Below, piece after piece: positions 51,866 through 53,168 of a stretch of DNA of 53,168 bases. The notes beneath the pieces were generated by a model. That model did no database searches, was not told where the DNA came from, and saw only the letters and a program-made list of their open reading frames with translations. How positions within the stretch are numbered: position 1 is the stretch's first letter; each line of letters opens with the position of its first letter. This DNA is from Planctomycetota bacterium. Its GTDB lineage: Bacteria; Planctomycetota; SZUA-567; H5-PLA8. The translations under genes and the position numbers were made by a program. The stretch is from positions 1 through 53,168 of the forward strand of contig JAPLOD010000256.1 in NCBI GenBank assembly GCA_026692735.1. The letters run 5' to 3'.

Positions 51866-53168
51866 ATGTTGCGATGCCCCCGCCTGCTCGTCGCCCTGGC
51901 ATTGATCTATCTGTGGCCCCCAGCGCCGGCGCTGAGCTACATTGACCTGGCGCCGACACTCTCGAAGATCATCGCGGAGTCGGACAGGATCGCGTTGGCC
52001 GAGGTTGTGCAGTACAGCCGCGAAAAGAGTGTGGTGGTCCTCAAGGAGGTCCGTTCGCTGAAGGGGGACCCTTGGCCGGACCTGATCCGCCATGCGGTCG
52101 GGTTGGCGGGCGGCGGGGCAGTTCCGCGGCAGATCATGCAGTGGGCTTCCCCTGGCGCCCGCTGCGTCATGTTCGTCTCGGACACCACGACGCTGGTGTG
52201 TCTGGGCCAGGGATGGTACCAGGTTCACGCCGGGGGCGCCGGAGCGTGGACGCTTGGGGCGGACCGGCCCGATCTGCCGTTGGCGTACTATGGAACGGTC
52301 TCGCGCCTGGTGGACAGCATCGCTTCAATGCTCGACGGCAAGAACGCCGTTATCACGGTTGTGGCTTTCGGCGCGGACAACGAAGGGGCCTGCTTCGACC
52401 TGGCCTTGAACCGCCAGGCCCTGCCGGCGTTGGTGAGAGTCCAACGCATCCGCGCGCATCTGAAGATGCCACCCGTGGTCGTGGGCGTGTCGGCGAATCC
52501 CGCCTATTTCCTTGGGACCGGGCCTGTGGATGCAGCCGATCTGCCGGCGCTCATGGAGAAGCTCCGGCATCCGGATGCCATGCAGCGCGCCGAGGCCGCC
52601 AACGACCTGCGCTGTCTCGGCCGACAAGCAGCCGCGGCGGCGGCGCCGTTGGCCGAACTCCTCAGCGATTCGGCCCCCAGCGTCCGCTTCCTGGCCGCCG
52701 CCGCGCTGCTCTGCATCAGTCCCCCGGACGCCCGTGCTCTCGAAGTCTTGGCCCAGGGCTTAGGCAGTGCCGAACTCCCCGTGCGCCGTGAATCGGCCAG
52801 GGCCGCGGGCCTCAGCGGGCCCGCCGCGTCGCCGCTGGCCGACAAGCTGGCGGTTTTGCTGAGCGCAGATGTTATCGTCCGACCAGGCGGCCGTCCGCTG
52901 GGCGGCCGTACGAGCTATGTCGCAGATCGGTGGAGAGGACGCCCATCCGGCGGTCGAGTTCATGGTGCGCACCTTGCCCAATGCCACGGAGGTCGAGGGC
53001 TACAACATCATGGTCTATCTCGCCCTGCTTGGCCCGGTCGCCGCCGACGCCATCCCCGCCATCCGCAGCGTGCGCATCAAGAACCCGGTGCTGCCCTCGG
53101 CGACGCAGTGGGCGATTGCGCCCGACAAGTCCTTCCCATGGCTTGGCTGCGGGCCGTTCGGCATGCCC
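51866..53168 (+). CDS. secreted HEAT-repeat protein, 3'-truncated by the window; apparent +1 frameshift near 52863-52878
   Basis: ATG 51866 gives the signal MLRCPRLLVALALIYLWPPAPALS. HEAT/PBS-lyase-like units follow (LMEKLRHPDAMQRAEAANDLRCLG, LAELLSDSAPSVRFLAAAALLCI). After about 52870 the protein-like reading (SSDQAAVRWAAVRAMSQIGGEDAHPAVEFMVRTL...) is in the +1 frame. Confidence 0.6.
   Translation, partial: MLRCPRLLVALALIYLWPPAPALSYIDLAPTLSKIIAESDRIALAEVVQYSREKSVVVLKEVRSLKGDPWPDLIRHAVGLAGGGAVPRQIMQWASPGARCVMFVSDTTTLVCLGQGWYQVHAGGAGAWTLGADRPDLPLAYYGTVSRLVDSIASMLDGKNAVITVVAFGADNEGACFDLALNRQALPALVRVQRIRAHLKMPPVVVGVSANPAYFLGTGPVDAADLPALMEKLRHPDAMQRAEAANDLRCLGRQAAAAAAPLAELLSDSAPSVRFLAAAALLCISPPDARALEVLAQGLGSAELPVRRESARAAGLSGPAASPLADKLAVLLSADVIVRPGGRPLGGRTSYVADRWRGRPSGGRVHGAHLAQCHGGRGLQHHGLSRPAWPGRRRRHPRHPQRAHQEPGAALGDAVGDCARQVLPMAWLRAVRHA

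Overview
High-GC bacterial chromosomal segment. The gene content looks PVC/Planctomycetota-like: type IV pilin-like 'prepilin' proteins, a sulfatase, a GH127-like hydrolase, an Hc1-type histone-like domain and ECF sigma operons. This taxonomic reading is inference only. Left part (1-13.7 kb): housekeeping genes (rny 3' end, ribF, rlmN), two pilin-like paralogs, a nested tandem-repeat array, a chromosomal MmeI-family type IIL restriction-modification enzyme, a decayed pilin pseudogene, an oxidoreductase and a sulfatase. Centre (about 13.8-38.2 kb): an integrative element of about 24.4 kb inserted in tRNA-Arg(CCG). It is bounded by a 20-bp direct repeat and a displaced tRNA 3' half. It carries a tyrosine integrase, a Prim-Pol-type replication protein with iteron-like repeats, a serine recombinase module and secreted-protein cargo. 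Its most interesting part is a visibly lower-GC minus-strand defence cluster: a 1204-aa type IIG RM-like enzyme separated by one nucleotide from an HNH-SAVED (Cap5-like) effector, then a CD-NTase plus a minimal E2-like protein (CBASS type II-short architecture), then an orphan GHKL-ATPase with a nuclease-like C-terminus. Right part (38.4-53.2 kb): GH127-like hydrolase, beta-helix/PKD protein, two small paralogous membrane proteins, a transposase remnant, a 1072-aa secreted PKD protein, a MarR regulator, an ECF sigma/anti-sigma operon and a frameshifted HEAT-repeat gene. The many long antisense ORFs in the track are high-GC artefacts.
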